This document shows, in pieces, positions 1 through 9,768 of a stretch of DNA of 64,000 nt (position 1 is its first letter; each line of letters begins with the position of its first letter). The stretch comes from Candidatus Eiseniibacteriota bacterium (lineage in GTDB: Bacteria; Eisenbacteria; RBG-16-71-46; CAZAMP01). The translations under genes and the position numbers were made by a program. The stretch is from the NCBI GenBank assembly GCA_965224245.1, contig OZ245046.1, forward strand, positions 4,416,001 through 4,480,000, written 5' to 3'. Below the pieces are notes generated by a model that searched no databases, was not told the origin of the DNA, and saw only the letters and a list, made by a program, of their open reading frames with translations.

Positions 1-216
1 GACGGCTCATCCGAGCCGCCGGAAACCGCCCTCTACGCCGATCCGCTGCAGGACGCGCTCTTCGACGGTCACCGAATCGAGGTTCCCGTGATCGCGTGGC
101 CGGGGCCGCCCAGACGACTCATCCGGATCTCGAGCCAGCTCTACAACACACTGGCCGATACCGAGCGATTGGCCGACGCACTGTGGGAATTGGTCGGAGA
201 CCGCCTCGGGGTGTGA
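1..216 (+). CDS. C-terminal fragment of a class V PLP aminotransferase (isopenicillin N epimerase-like), 5' truncated by the window edge
   Basis: Frame 1 reads ...DPLQDALFDGHRIEVPVIAWPGPPRRLIRISSQLYNTLADTERLADAL...GV*, a typical class V aminotransferase C-terminus; TGA at 214-216. Confidence 0.7.
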   Translation, partial: DGSSEPPETALYADPLQDALFDGHRIEVPVIAWPGPPRRLIRISSQLYNTLADTERLADALWELVGDRLGV

Positions 217-293
217 CAGGCGCGCCCGGGGAGCGTAGAATCCACCGGATGTCGCCCTGCCCTCGCCAGCCTCAACTGCGAAGGAATGCACCG

Positions 294-1967
294 ATGTACG
301 TGGTCGTCCGTGCCGCTCTCGTCGCCGTCGTCTGCGCGGCCAGCGCCGCCGCCCAGTCCGCTCCACCCGGCTTCAGCGTCGAGAACGCGTTTCCCGGCGT
401 CTCGTTCGGCCAGCCCACGCAGGTCGTCTTCTTGCCCGACGGTCGGGCGCTCGTCGCGGAGAAGAGCGGCTGGATCTCGGTGGTGGCCGCCGACGGGACG
501 CTGAATCCGAGCCCGTTCATCAGCCTTCGCGCCGAGGTGCTGGCGACCTTCGATCGCGGGCTCCTGGGAATCGCGATCAGTCCCGACTACGAGACCGACC
601 CGTGGGTGTACTTCCTCTACACCGTCGACCCGAACTTCGACTTCAACGACGAGGAGACCGACGCCTGGTGCCGGCTGATGCGGATGCGGCCTCGGGTCGA
701 CGAGCCCGATCGGGCCGACACGGCCACACGCGAGTATCTGATCGGTGAGACGTGGGCCGACGGGATCCCGACCCTCGACACCTCGCACACCATCGGCACG
801 GTCATGTTCGCGCCCGACGGCTCGCTGCTGGTGGGCGCGGGCGACGGCGGTCACTGGGAGGGCCGAGACACCGGCGGACAGGACCCCGACGCGTTCGGGC
901 CCGGCCTGACCGACCCGGAGGAGGACATCGGCGCGTTTCGCGCGCGATCGCTCAACAGCCTGGCCGGCAAGATCCTCAGAATCGATCCCGAGACCGGCGC
1001 CGGACTGGACTCGAACCCCTACTGGGACGGCGACCCGTTCTCGGACGCATCGCGCGTGTGGCTGTACGGGCTGCGAAACCCGTTCCGATTCAGCCTCGTG
1101 CCGGGCACCGGCAGCGCGAACCCTGCCGACGGCGACCCGGGCGCGCTGCTGATCGGCGACGTCGGCTGGGCCACGTACGAGATCCTCCACTTCGCCCCCA
1201 CCGGGGGCATGAACTTCGGCTGGCCGTGCTACGAGGGTCCTCAGACCACGAGCTACTTCAGTGAGACGACGTTCACCGGCAACACCAACGTGCTCTGCAA
1301 TGCGGTGCCCAATCCGGAGAACCCGACCGCCGAGACGCCCGCCACGCGTTATCTGCATCACTCGGACGGGGCCTCGTCCGCCCCATGGGGCTGGACCGGT
1401 CGCAGCATCACGGGCGGCGTGGTCTACGACGGGACCGAGTACCCCTCCACTTACCGGGGCCGGTACTTCTTCACGGACTGGGTGAACGACTGGATCCGGG
1501 TGGTCACGCTCGACACCGACGGCACGGTGGTCGGCTACTCCACGTTCGTCTCCAACGCGGGCGGCCCGGTCGCGTTCACGACCGACCCGACCAACGGGGA
1601 CATCGTCTACACCGCGTACCTCACCGGCGAGGTGCGACGCATCTCGTACACCGAGGTCGTGGGCGCCGGCGACCCGGCCACCAGCCTCGTCACCGAGGTC
1701 GCGGCCGGTCCCAACCCCTTCTCGAGATCGGCGTCGGTGACGTTCCGGATGTCCGAGGCGATGGATGTGACGGTGCGGATCTTCGACGCCGCGGGGCGCC
1801 GGGTGCGCGATCTCGTCACCGGCCCGCTGATGGCGGGACGACACGACGTCACCTGGGACGGACTGGACGATCGGGGTCTCGACGTGGCGGCGGGTATGTA
1901 CTTCGTCCGGATCTCGGCGAACGGAGCCGTTCTCGGCGAGGCCCGGCTGTCCCGCCTCGATCGCTGA
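294..1967 (+). CDS. Secreted PQQ-dependent glucose/sorbosone dehydrogenase family protein with C-terminal FlgD-Ig/T9SS-like domain
   Basis: Signal peptide; motifs DRGLLGIAISPDY, GAGDGG, GKILRIDP, YGLRNPFRFS, GMNFGWPCYEG; C-terminal GPNPF...WDGLDDRG...GMYFVR. Confidence 0.85.
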   Translation: MYVVVRAALVAVVCAASAAAQSAPPGFSVENAFPGVSFGQPTQVVFLPDGRALVAEKSGWISVVAADGTLNPSPFISLRAEVLATFDRGLLGIAISPDYETDPWVYFLYTVDPNFDFNDEETDAWCRLMRMRPRVDEPDRADTATREYLIGETWADGIPTLDTSHTIGTVMFAPDGSLLVGAGDGGHWEGRDTGGQDPDAFGPGLTDPEEDIGAFRARSLNSLAGKILRIDPETGAGLDSNPYWDGDPFSDASRVWLYGLRNPFRFSLVPGTGSANPADGDPGALLIGDVGWATYEILHFAPTGGMNFGWPCYEGPQTTSYFSETTFTGNTNVLCNAVPNPENPTAETPATRYLHHSDGASSAPWGWTGRSITGGVVYDGTEYPSTYRGRYFFTDWVNDWIRVVTLDTDGTVVGYSTFVSNAGGPVAFTTDPTNGDIVYTAYLTGEVRRISYTEVVGAGDPATSLVTEVAAGPNPFSRSASVTFRMSEAMDVTVRIFDAAGRRVRDLVTGPLMAGRHDVTWDGLDDRGLDVAAGMYFVRISANGAVLGEARLSRLDR

Positions 1968-2030
1968 CCGGGCCAGTGGGTGCGCGCCCGGCGCGCTCGC
2001 GTGGCGCGACGCGTCGCCACGCGAGCACGG

Positions 2031-2387
2031 TCATGCCAGCGTCGCCGTACAGCACTCCGTGACGATCTTGCCGTTGCGACAGATGAGCGTCTGCGTCGCC
2101 TCGACGACGAACGGCTCGGCCTTCCAGACGATGTGTGCCGTGTCGCCCACGACCTCGCGACGAATGGTCGCGAAGCTGTCGAACCAGTTCTCGGGAACCC
2201 GGTCGAAGAACCGCGCGAAGAACCGGCGGAGCTCATCCGCGCCCTGGTAGAAGCCGCACGGGGTCTGCAGCACGGACTCCGGCTCGAACTGGCTGACCAC
2301 CGCGTCCAGATCCTCGTTCGCCAGCGCCTGAAGGTGGCGCGTCATGGCCTGCTCGGCGTGCGTGATCATCTTGGCGACCATCGTCAT
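2031..2387 (-). CDS. SnoaL-like / NTF2-family protein
   Basis: HLQALANEDLDAVVSQF, GADELRRFF, TAHIVWKA, TLICRNGKI; GGAGG RBS upstream of ATG 2387. Confidence 0.75.
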   Translation of the reverse strand: MTMVAKMITHAEQAMTRHLQALANEDLDAVVSQFEPESVLQTPCGFYQGADELRRFFARFFDRVPENWFDSFATIRREVVGDTAHIVWKAEPFVVEATQTLICRNGKIVTECCTATLA

Positions 2388-2612
2388 CCCCCTCCGGGTA
2401 CCGGCGGCGAGCGATGCTCGGGTCCGCCGTGAGTGGTGTCGTCGCGGCCGTCCGGCCACCTGGCCGGCCCGCGTGTGCTCATCAGTTCGCGGTCGGGGAG
2501 GGAAAGCTGCAACGCGATCGTGGGATCGATCCCGTCCACGTGGCCGAAGCGAGCCACGTGCACCGCAAGTAGTTGCAAAATAAACAGATAGATCCGGTCG
2601 CGGAAGGGGGTG

Positions 2613-4172
2613 TCAGTCTCCGGGGACGGACGGGCCAGGGTCGGAAAGCCCCGTGATCCGCAGGAGCCGGCAGCCTCCGGGGAAGTCGTGCTCCTCGAGG
2701 ATCTCGAAGTCGCGCCGGATGAAGTAGTCGACCGCGTACGCCTTTCTGGCAGTGAGGACGTACAGTGACTCGGGGTCCCCGGCCTGGCGGGCCACCTCGC
2801 GAATGCGGGTCGACGTGCGGTCGCGGAACCAGATCGGGAAGTGCCGCTCCCGCTCGTCGTCGCTCAGGAGGTACCGGTCGACCGTGTGAGCGGCATTCCA
2901 CGACATCAGGACCGCCCCGTGGCCGCGGTCGCGCCAGAAGGTGACCGCGCCCCGGACGTCCTCGCGGTAGTACCGCGGGTTCGTGTAGTAGTTCGTCAGC
3001 GAGACGCTCCAGATGACGGCCACCGCCGCCGTCGCCGCGATCGCCCAGCGGCGCCGGGACTCCCACAGCTCCCGGAGCCCGATCGCGCACAGGAGGATGA
3101 ACGCCGGGAACGCCCACGACGTGTAGCGAACGTTGAACGTCATGCTCGGTAGATAGGCCACGACCCCGACCCCCAGCACGGGAAGAGCCAGGAGACCCAG
3201 GAGCAATGCATGCCGGCGTCCCGGAAGCGCGTCGAAGGCCCTTCGCAGCCCCAGCACCAGGAGGACGGCGAAGATGACGGTGACCCCGGCGACGATGGGG
3301 AGCTCGGGCGCAACCGCCCCCAAACTTCGGTCCCGGCGTAGCTCGGCCACGCTGGGCCCCAGCGAGAGACCGGCCGAGTAGACAAACGCAGCGTACGGCA
3401 GGTTCATCAGCGACGGACCGGCTCCGCCCAGCGGCGGCTTCAGCTGTCCCACGCGGGCCAGGAAGAACCGCAGCATCGGCAGGAACGCCAGCACCGCGCT
3501 CACTCCGGACGCGATCAGCGGCACCAGCCGGCGCCGGCGACACGCGAGAATCCAGAGTGCGTGGGCCAGGATGCCCAGCGACGCGTACACGTGCGTGTAG
3601 ACCGACGCCGTGATCGACAGCGCATAGAGCGCCCACAGCCGCTTGCCGCCCTCCTCGCTCGCCCGCACGAGCGCGTACGCGGACCAGGTCGAGAGGAACA
3701 TCAGGAGCGAGTACAGCCGGGCTTCCTGACTGTAGTAGACGTGGAACGGGGCCACCGCCATCAGCGCCGTGGCCCATCGCGCCGTCGTGACGTCCACGAG
3801 GCGGCGCGTCATCACGTACGTCATCGCGACGCCGGCCACGCCGAAGACGACCGAGGGCAGTCGCACCCAGGCGTCCGAATCTCCGAACCGCATGAAGAGG
3901 TACGTCACCAGGTGCGACAGCGGCGGGTTCAGCGTGATGCGCGTGTTCAACAGGCGCGCCCAGAACTCCGAGAGCGACGGTGCCGTCGAGACCCAGTACT
4001 GCCACGCCTCGTCCCACCAGAGGCTCTGATTCTCCAGCCGGAACACCCTCAGGAGAGTCGCCACGCCGAGGGTGACCGTCAGGAACACGGCCGTCCCGGT
4101 CCGACCGTCCAGCCAGCGGCCGGTCGATGCCGGGCGGGACGGCGTTGGCGATGCGGGTGAGGCCGGTGACAT
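2613..4172 (-). CDS. Membrane glycosyltransferase, GT39/PMT-like (GT-C)
   Basis: LENQSLWWDEA, NPPLSH, VRLPSVVFG, YYSQEARLYSL; many transmembrane helices. Confidence 0.85.
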   Translation of the reverse strand: MSPASPASPTPSRPASTGRWLDGRTGTAVFLTVTLGVATLLRVFRLENQSLWWDEAWQYWVSTAPSLSEFWARLLNTRITLNPPLSHLVTYLFMRFGDSDAWVRLPSVVFGVAGVAMTYVMTRRLVDVTTARWATALMAVAPFHVYYSQEARLYSLLMFLSTWSAYALVRASEEGGKRLWALYALSITASVYTHVYASLGILAHALWILACRRRRLVPLIASGVSAVLAFLPMLRFFLARVGQLKPPLGGAGPSLMNLPYAAFVYSAGLSLGPSVAELRRDRSLGAVAPELPIVAGVTVIFAVLLVLGLRRAFDALPGRRHALLLGLLALPVLGVGVVAYLPSMTFNVRYTSWAFPAFILLCAIGLRELWESRRRWAIAATAAVAVIWSVSLTNYYTNPRYYREDVRGAVTFWRDRGHGAVLMSWNAAHTVDRYLLSDDERERHFPIWFRDRTSTRIREVARQAGDPESLYVLTARKAYAVDYFIRRDFEILEEHDFPGGCRLLRITGLSDPGPSVPGD

Positions 4173-4382
4173 CGAACCCCCGGGGCGGTGCGTCGGCGGC
4201 CCGGACCGTCCGTGGGAGGTCCGGGACGTGTCGATCCCAGCGAGCGGGGCATCATTCCGAAAAAGAGCGCCTCGCGCAACGCCGGCCGGGGGTCGCCGGC
4301 GAGGCCGGGTGGGGGGCGGCCGCACGCCCCGCGCCACGGGCTAAGTCGTTGAAAAGAGATGCGATCGAGATCGACATACCCG

Positions 4383-4411
4383 TTGACACGTCTCTCCCCC
4401 TCGCGTAGGCT
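4383..4411 (+). promoter_or_regulatory. Sigma70-type promoter for speD-speE
   Basis: TTGACA-N17-TAGGCT; IHF-like TAAGTCGTTGAAA just upstream (about 4342-4354). Confidence 0.6.
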
Positions 4412-4584
4412 CTTACGGCTTTGTTTCGGGTTTGAGGCCGCGCGCCCTGTGATGGGCGGACGATCGTGTTCGGGAGGCGGCGGCCTCTCGTGTTCGCGCA
4501 ACGCTGTTCAGCCGTTTTGCGAAATCGCTGGTAGTCGACCGAGGGCAGGCCGGTCGCTCCGCCGCGAAACGGCGATCGTTGCCT

Positions 4585-4630
4585 GAGGCTCCCGGCTCCC
4601 CAGCGGAGCCGGGAGCCTCCTCTTCTCTCA
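4585..4630 (+). terminator. Terminator/attenuator-like hairpin in the speD leader
   Basis: Perfect 15-bp stem GAGGCTCCCGGCTCC/GGAGCCGGGAGCCTC followed by pyrimidine run CTCTTCTCTC. Confidence 0.45.
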
Positions 4631-4662
4631 CCCGCCTCGGCGCCAAATCGGAGGACGTATCG

Positions 4663-5118
4663 GTGAAGACGATCGGTCGCCATCTCATCGTGGAGCTCTA
4701 TCGATGTCGCCAGGATCTCCTGAACGACGTCGGTGTCGTGCGCGCTCACATGCTCGAGGCCGCGCGCGTCTGTGGAGCCACCGTCATGGGCGAGTCGTTC
4801 CACGCGTTCAGTCCGCAAGGTGTCAGTGGCACCGTCGTCATCTCCGAGTCGCATCTGTCGATCCACACGTGGCCCGAGAACGGCTACGTCTCGATCGACG
4901 TCTACACGTGCGGGGGCCTGGACCCCCATCCCAGCTTCGACTACCTCGCCACCGCGTTCGAGGCCGATGCCGCGCGCCATCAGGAGATCCTGCGGGGTCT
5001 GCCCGAGGAGCTGGACGAGCACGGCCTGTTACTCCCCGACGACGTCCAGACCATCACCCGCACCGGTCGGGTCGTCGACCTCCGCGCCGGCCGCACGCTC
5101 GAGCCGTCGTCGGTCTGA
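4663..5118 (+). CDS. speD: S-adenosylmethionine decarboxylase proenzyme
   Basis: GRHLIVELY, FSPQGVSGTVVISESHLSIHTWPE (pyruvoyl ESH site), DVYTCG; GGAGG RBS before GTG 4663. Confidence 0.93.
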   Translation: MKTIGRHLIVELYRCRQDLLNDVGVVRAHMLEAARVCGATVMGESFHAFSPQGVSGTVVISESHLSIHTWPENGYVSIDVYTCGGLDPHPSFDYLATAFEADAARHQEILRGLPEELDEHGLLLPDDVQTITRTGRVVDLRAGRTLEPSSV

Positions 5119-6092
5119 TGTCCGAGAGGACGACCGACGCGACCGCGCACGGGCCACGCCCGGACGCGCTCTCGACCTACACCACCTCCGGACGCTTCGA
5201 CGGCCGCTGGTTCACCGAGGAGGACTTCGGCGCCACCCGCCTCGGCATTCGCGTCAAGGCACGCCTGCACCACGAGATCAGCCCGCACCAGGAGATCGCG
5301 GTGTACGACAGCGACTTCTTCGGGCGCTTCCTGACGCTCGACAACCTCATGATGTTCACCGAGCGCGACGAGTTCGTGTACCACGAGATGCTCGCGCACG
5401 TGCCGCTGTGCAGCCTCGAGGAGCCGAGCGACGTGCTCATCATCGGCGGTGGGGATTGCGGTGTCGCGCGCGAGGTGCTCAAGCACAGCACGGTCCGCCG
5501 TATCGTCCAGTGCGACATCGACGAGCGGGTCACGCGGGTGTGTGAGCGGTTCTTCGACTGGACCGCTGAGGTGGCCTCGGATCCTCGGGTGATCCTCCGC
5601 TTCGCGGACGGAATCGAGTACGTCGAGAATCACCGCCGTGAGTTCGACGTCATCGTGATCGACTCCACCGACCCGATCGGGCCGGCGGTGGGCCTGTTCG
5701 ATCGTGAGTTCTACCGGAAGGTGGCCGCCGCCCTCCGACCCGGCGGCGTGATGGTCGCGCAGACCGAGACGCCGCACTGGGCGGCCGGCGTGGTGGGCGC
5801 GATCTACGCGGAGATCCGCGCGGTGTTCAGCCACGTCAGCGGGTACATGGGGTTCATCCCCACGTATCCGTCGGGGTCGTGGCTGTGGGCCTACGCGAGC
5901 AACGACACCCGGCACGGGGACTTCGTCGACGAGGGGCGGGTCTCTGAAGTCTCGAAGACGTGCCGCTACTACACCGCGGGGATCCAGCGTGCGGCCTTCG
6001 CGTTACCAGCGTTCGCCACCGCGGCGCTGGACAGCCGAAACGTCTTCGAGCAGCTCGACGAGCGCAACCGACGGAACGCTTCTCCCCGGTAG
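5118..6092 (+). CDS. speE: Polyamine aminopropyltransferase (spermidine synthase)
   Basis: DEFVYHEMLAHVPL, VLIIGGGDCG, FDVIVIDSTDPIGPA, IPTYPSG; TGATG overlap with speD. Confidence 0.93.
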   Translation: MSERTTDATAHGPRPDALSTYTTSGRFDGRWFTEEDFGATRLGIRVKARLHHEISPHQEIAVYDSDFFGRFLTLDNLMMFTERDEFVYHEMLAHVPLCSLEEPSDVLIIGGGDCGVAREVLKHSTVRRIVQCDIDERVTRVCERFFDWTAEVASDPRVILRFADGIEYVENHRREFDVIVIDSTDPIGPAVGLFDREFYRKVAAALRPGGVMVAQTETPHWAAGVVGAIYAEIRAVFSHVSGYMGFIPTYPSGSWLWAYASNDTRHGDFVDEGRVSEVSKTCRYYTAGIQRAAFALPAFATAALDSRNVFEQLDERNRRNASPR

Positions 6093-6279
6093 CGCGACCC
6101 GGGCAGCCGCTGCCCGCGGGGCTCCGATTCATCACAAAAACCACTGTTGACCGGTTCCCTTGTTTCGTATGGTTCCTAGTGGATCCACTGACGTTGCCAT
6201 CGGGGAGGCGACCGGCTGTGTCCTCGCGAGTCCCTCCGCGTGGGAGCGTCCGACGAAGCTCCCCACGCGTGGAGGTCTC

Positions 6280-6600
6280 ATGCCGGTCATTACTCGAGAT
6301 GAGTCACGGGAGGTCGTCCGCGTCGCGTTGCGGACGGTCGCGAGCTTCTCCGGTGACTTCGAGGGATTCACGTTTCGCGCGTTCAGCCGCTATCACAAGC
6401 GCGTTTTTCTTGCGTCGATCAAGAACCAACTGAACACCATTCGACCGGCCGACGGCGAGTATGTCGACATCCGTCTGCGACAGTCGGATTGTGATGGATG
6501 GCCCACTTTCGCGGACTGCATCGACTGGGTGCGCGACAACGCCGTCATCGTGCTTTCCGGGGGTACCGAACCGCTCAAGAGAGCCGACCTGGAGGAGTGA
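6280..6600 (+). CDS. Hypothetical small protein, possibly acyl-carrier-protein-like fold
   Basis: GGAGGT RBS; C-terminus DIRLRQSDCDGWPTFADCIDWVRDN resembles the ACP C-terminal helices; no DSL motif. Confidence 0.55.
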   Translation: MPVITRDESREVVRVALRTVASFSGDFEGFTFRAFSRYHKRVFLASIKNQLNTIRPADGEYVDIRLRQSDCDGWPTFADCIDWVRDNAVIVLSGGTEPLKRADLEE

Positions 6601-6602
6601 TC

Positions 6603-7790
6603 GTGCGCTACCTTGTCCTGACGAGTTTCCTCGTCTGCTTCTCGTCCGCCCAGGCGGCCAATCTGAGAGTCACGAGCGTGTCGGCGGACGTGAACACGAT
6701 CGACGAGCCCGCGCTTTGGATCACCCTGAGCACCGAACCCCTCGACTTTCAGGCGACGAAGGACCGCTACAAGTCCGATGGGATCGTGGTCGAGCTGGTC
6801 GATCTCGGCGATGACGGGAAGCCGGCGACCTACGCGATGCTCCCGGGATTCAACGACGGGTCGATCCAGTTTCAGGTCGCGGACCCCACCGCCGAGCTCG
6901 CGAAGAGGGTCGCGCGCGAGGATGCCGCGATCTACCTGATTGCCTCGGCCGACATCACCGTCACCCTGGCAAATCAGTCCAACGCCTCTCTGGCCCGTGA
7001 CGACCTGAAGATGCTCACGTCATCGCTCAGCCTGAGCCAGGATGCGGTCGACGCCATCATCGACGTCGCCCAGGGTCGTCAGCGGTTGTACGAGGACAGG
7101 ATCGACTTCGCCCGCGAGGTTGACGAGGACGACTCGACACGCGTGGATTATGCGGTGAGCTTCGAGCTCAGTCAGCGGGTCGGGCGTACTCCACTGGCCG
7201 TCGAGACTCGGGGCCGTCTGAGCACGAACGCGGAGAGCCCGATGAATCAGGTCGCGGTGTCACTCGTCGGCCGGACCGGAATCGGTACCAAGTCGATCGC
7301 CGGCGCCGATGTGTTCTACTCCGGGTTCGTCGACGCCGGTGTCGTCGCCCTACAGTCCTTCGACGTCACGGCCGCCACCGTCAGTGTCGGGGTCGACCTT
7401 CTCCTGCCGAACTTCATCGACCTGACGAGCGGCGCGAACCGGCTCCGCCTGAAGCCGGTCGTCGGAGCCAGCGTCGGCTTCAAGCAGCTGTCGGAGGAGA
7501 TCGACGTGTATGGGGACGAGAACGGCTTTCTGGAAGCGCGCTTCGAGCTTGCGTACACGATTCCGATCCTCGAGGCATACGTGCTGCACGTGCGCTCCCA
7601 TGCCGTATTCAATGACAACGTCGAGGGTGACGACGAGTGGTTCCATCTCACGTCGGCGTCACTATCGTACGCGCTCCCCGGAAACAACATCAGCATCCTG
7701 GCAAAGTGGGAGCTCGGCCGAAATGAGTTCGTTTCGGAGTACGACAGCGAGGTGTTGCTGGGCCTGCTGGCGGACTTCCTCCCGATGTAG
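6603..7790 (+). CDS. Hypothetical secreted protein with beta-strand-rich (possible outer-membrane barrel) C-terminal half
   Basis: Signal peptide ending AQA; alternating amphipathic strands; GGAGGAG RBS overlapping the upstream stop. Confidence 0.6.
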   Translation: MRYLVLTSFLVCFSSAQAANLRVTSVSADVNTIDEPALWITLSTEPLDFQATKDRYKSDGIVVELVDLGDDGKPATYAMLPGFNDGSIQFQVADPTAELAKRVAREDAAIYLIASADITVTLANQSNASLARDDLKMLTSSLSLSQDAVDAIIDVAQGRQRLYEDRIDFAREVDEDDSTRVDYAVSFELSQRVGRTPLAVETRGRLSTNAESPMNQVAVSLVGRTGIGTKSIAGADVFYSGFVDAGVVALQSFDVTAATVSVGVDLLLPNFIDLTSGANRLRLKPVVGASVGFKQLSEEIDVYGDENGFLEARFELAYTIPILEAYVLHVRSHAVFNDNVEGDDEWFHLTSASLSYALPGNNISILAKWELGRNEFVSEYDSEVLLGLLADFLPM

Positions 7791-7800
7791 CCGCCAGAAT

Positions 7801-7827
7801 GCGCGGCCGCCCGGGTCGCGGCCGCGC
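7801..7827. terminator. Hairpin between convergent genes
   Basis: Perfect 10-bp stem GCGCGGCCGC/GCGGCCGCGC; no U tract. Confidence 0.4.
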
Positions 7828-7843
7828 GGATGCGCCCGATGGC

Positions 7844-8920
7844 CTACAGGAACCGGTACGTCAGCCCCAGCGCCAGCGTCTGCTTGAACTGACCCTTCTT
7901 CCGGACCGCCTGCTCGATCTTGATCGCCGACTCGTCGGTCAGCGCGCCGGCGTCGTCGTAGATCGGCACGACCGTGTTGTCGTACTTGTCGTACACGAGC
8001 TGCGTGTACAGGCTCACCGCGATGATCTTGGTGATCTGCGTGGAGAAGATGTTCTCCCAGGCGACGTCGGCGGCCAGCGTGTAGTCCGCCACGTCCGACG
8101 GAATGCGCAGCTCGACGCCGTCGACGTCGCGCGTGAGATCCGCGGCCGTGAACGCATCGAAGTCGTCCTGGGCCGAGTAGAAGACCGGCTGGTAGACGCG
8201 AAGGGCCGTCGCCCAGGTGACGCGATCCTCGAGGACCTTCGTGTCGTACTCGGTGATCCACTCGACACCGCCGTCGCTGCTGTTCTCGTAGATCGTGAAG
8301 TCGTCGGCCGGATCGGACGTGTCGAAGAACCGGCGTATGTTCTGATGGAACGCGAAGCCCAGACGACTCTGGAGCGACCGCTCCTCCTCGTCGATGAACA
8401 CGTGCGCGATGCCGACCGTCTCGCTGATCGTGATCGGATTGAAGCTGATGTTGCGCCCCAGCTCGTCCGAGGCGTCCTGGAACTGCGACGAGACGCCGAC
8501 CGCGACGAACGGGTCGATGGGGCTCCCCAGCGTGAACCGCATCAGCGACTCGAAGTCGATGAGATCGGTGGACTTCTCCGGCCGATCCCACGAGCGACCC
8601 CCGCGATCGTCGGTGGACTGTCCATGCGTCTGTCCGAACGCCAGCTTCAGCGTGTTGTCCCAGTGCATCTTCTCGCTGAGCTTGTTCTCGGCGCGTGCGT
8701 TGGCGATGAGCGTCCAGACGATGGAGCCCTTGTCTCCGCCCGCCCAGTTGTCGCTGTACGCGCTCTGGGTCAGGTTGAGCCCTCCCTCGAGCTCGGGATA
8801 CCACTTGCCGATCTCCAGCACGCGCTTGCTTCCGTCGTCCTGTGCCGGGGCCGGGGTCGAGACCCCGATCGACAGCCCGCCCACGACCAGCGGCACGACC
8901 ATCAGGTTCAGCACTCTCAT
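7844..8920 (-). CDS. DUF3078-family outer-membrane beta-barrel protein
   Basis: Signal peptide; LNLTQSAYSDNWAGG, WDNTLKLAFGQ, C-terminal QFKQTLALGLTYRFL. Confidence 0.75.
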   Translation of the reverse strand: MRVLNLMVVPLVVGGLSIGVSTPAPAQDDGSKRVLEIGKWYPELEGGLNLTQSAYSDNWAGGDKGSIVWTLIANARAENKLSEKMHWDNTLKLAFGQTHGQSTDDRGGRSWDRPEKSTDLIDFESLMRFTLGSPIDPFVAVGVSSQFQDASDELGRNISFNPITISETVGIAHVFIDEEERSLQSRLGFAFHQNIRRFFDTSDPADDFTIYENSSDGGVEWITEYDTKVLEDRVTWATALRVYQPVFYSAQDDFDAFTAADLTRDVDGVELRIPSDVADYTLAADVAWENIFSTQITKIIAVSLYTQLVYDKYDNTVVPIYDDAGALTDESAIKIEQAVRKKGQFKQTLALGLTYRFL

Positions 8921-8949
8921 GTCAGTCTCTCCTCGATGCGAGAGGGCGC

Positions 8950-9768
8950 TCAGGCCTCTGCCTGCATCATGTGAACGACTCGCTGCGGGAACGGAATCTC
9001 GATCCCGTTGGCGTCGAAGGCCTTCTTGATGGCCTCGGTCAGCTCGAACTTCACGCCCCAGTAGTCGGGGCTCTTCACCCAGACGCGAACGGCGAAGTTC
9101 ACGCTGGAATCGGCCAGCTCCGAGATCGCGATCAGCGGGGCGGGATCGGACAGCGTGCGATCGTCGGCGTCGATCAGACCCATCATGATCTCGCGCGCCC
9201 GGGCGATGTCCGACGCGTAGCCGATGCCGATCAGGAGATCCACGCGCCGCGTGTCGTACGCGGAGTAGTTCTGGATCGTACCGCCGTAGATCTGCCCGTT
9301 CGGGACGATGATCTGCGTGTTGTCCGGGGTGGCGAGAACCGTCGAGAAGATCCCGATCTCCTTCACGGTTCCCGACACGCCGGCCGCGTTGATGAAGTGC
9401 CCGGGCCGGAACGGGCGAAACAGAAGCAGCATGACGCCCGACGCGAAGTTCGACAGTGAGCCCTGCAGCGCGAAGCCGATCGCGAAGCCGGCCGCCCCGA
9501 GAATGGCCACGAAGCTGGCCGTCTCGATCCCGAACTTCGAGAGCGCCGCCACCACCGCGAACGCGATCACGAGGAAGTACGCGATGCTGGCCACGAACCC
9601 GACGAGGCTCGCGTCGACGCCACGGCGGGTCAGGCCCTTGCGAAGCGCGCTTCTGAGCACGTTGGCCACGATCCGCCCGAGGATCAGGATGACGATCGCA
9701 CCGACGACCCGGAGGCCGTAGACGGTCACGAAGTCGGTCATCGTCTGCATGACCTGCTGGGTGTCCAT
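8950..9768 (-). CDS. mscS: Small-conductance mechanosensitive channel
   Basis: GAAGFAIGFALQGSLSNFASGV, RPFRPG, IIVPNG, GIEIPFPQR. Confidence 0.92.
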   Translation of the reverse strand: MDTQQVMQTMTDFVTVYGLRVVGAIVILILGRIVANVLRSALRKGLTRRGVDASLVGFVASIAYFLVIAFAVVAALSKFGIETASFVAILGAAGFAIGFALQGSLSNFASGVMLLLFRPFRPGHFINAAGVSGTVKEIGIFSTVLATPDNTQIIVPNGQIYGGTIQNYSAYDTRRVDLLIGIGYASDIARAREIMMGLIDADDRTLSDPAPLIAISELADSSVNFAVRVWVKSPDYWGVKFELTEAIKKAFDANGIEIPFPQRVVHMMQAEA

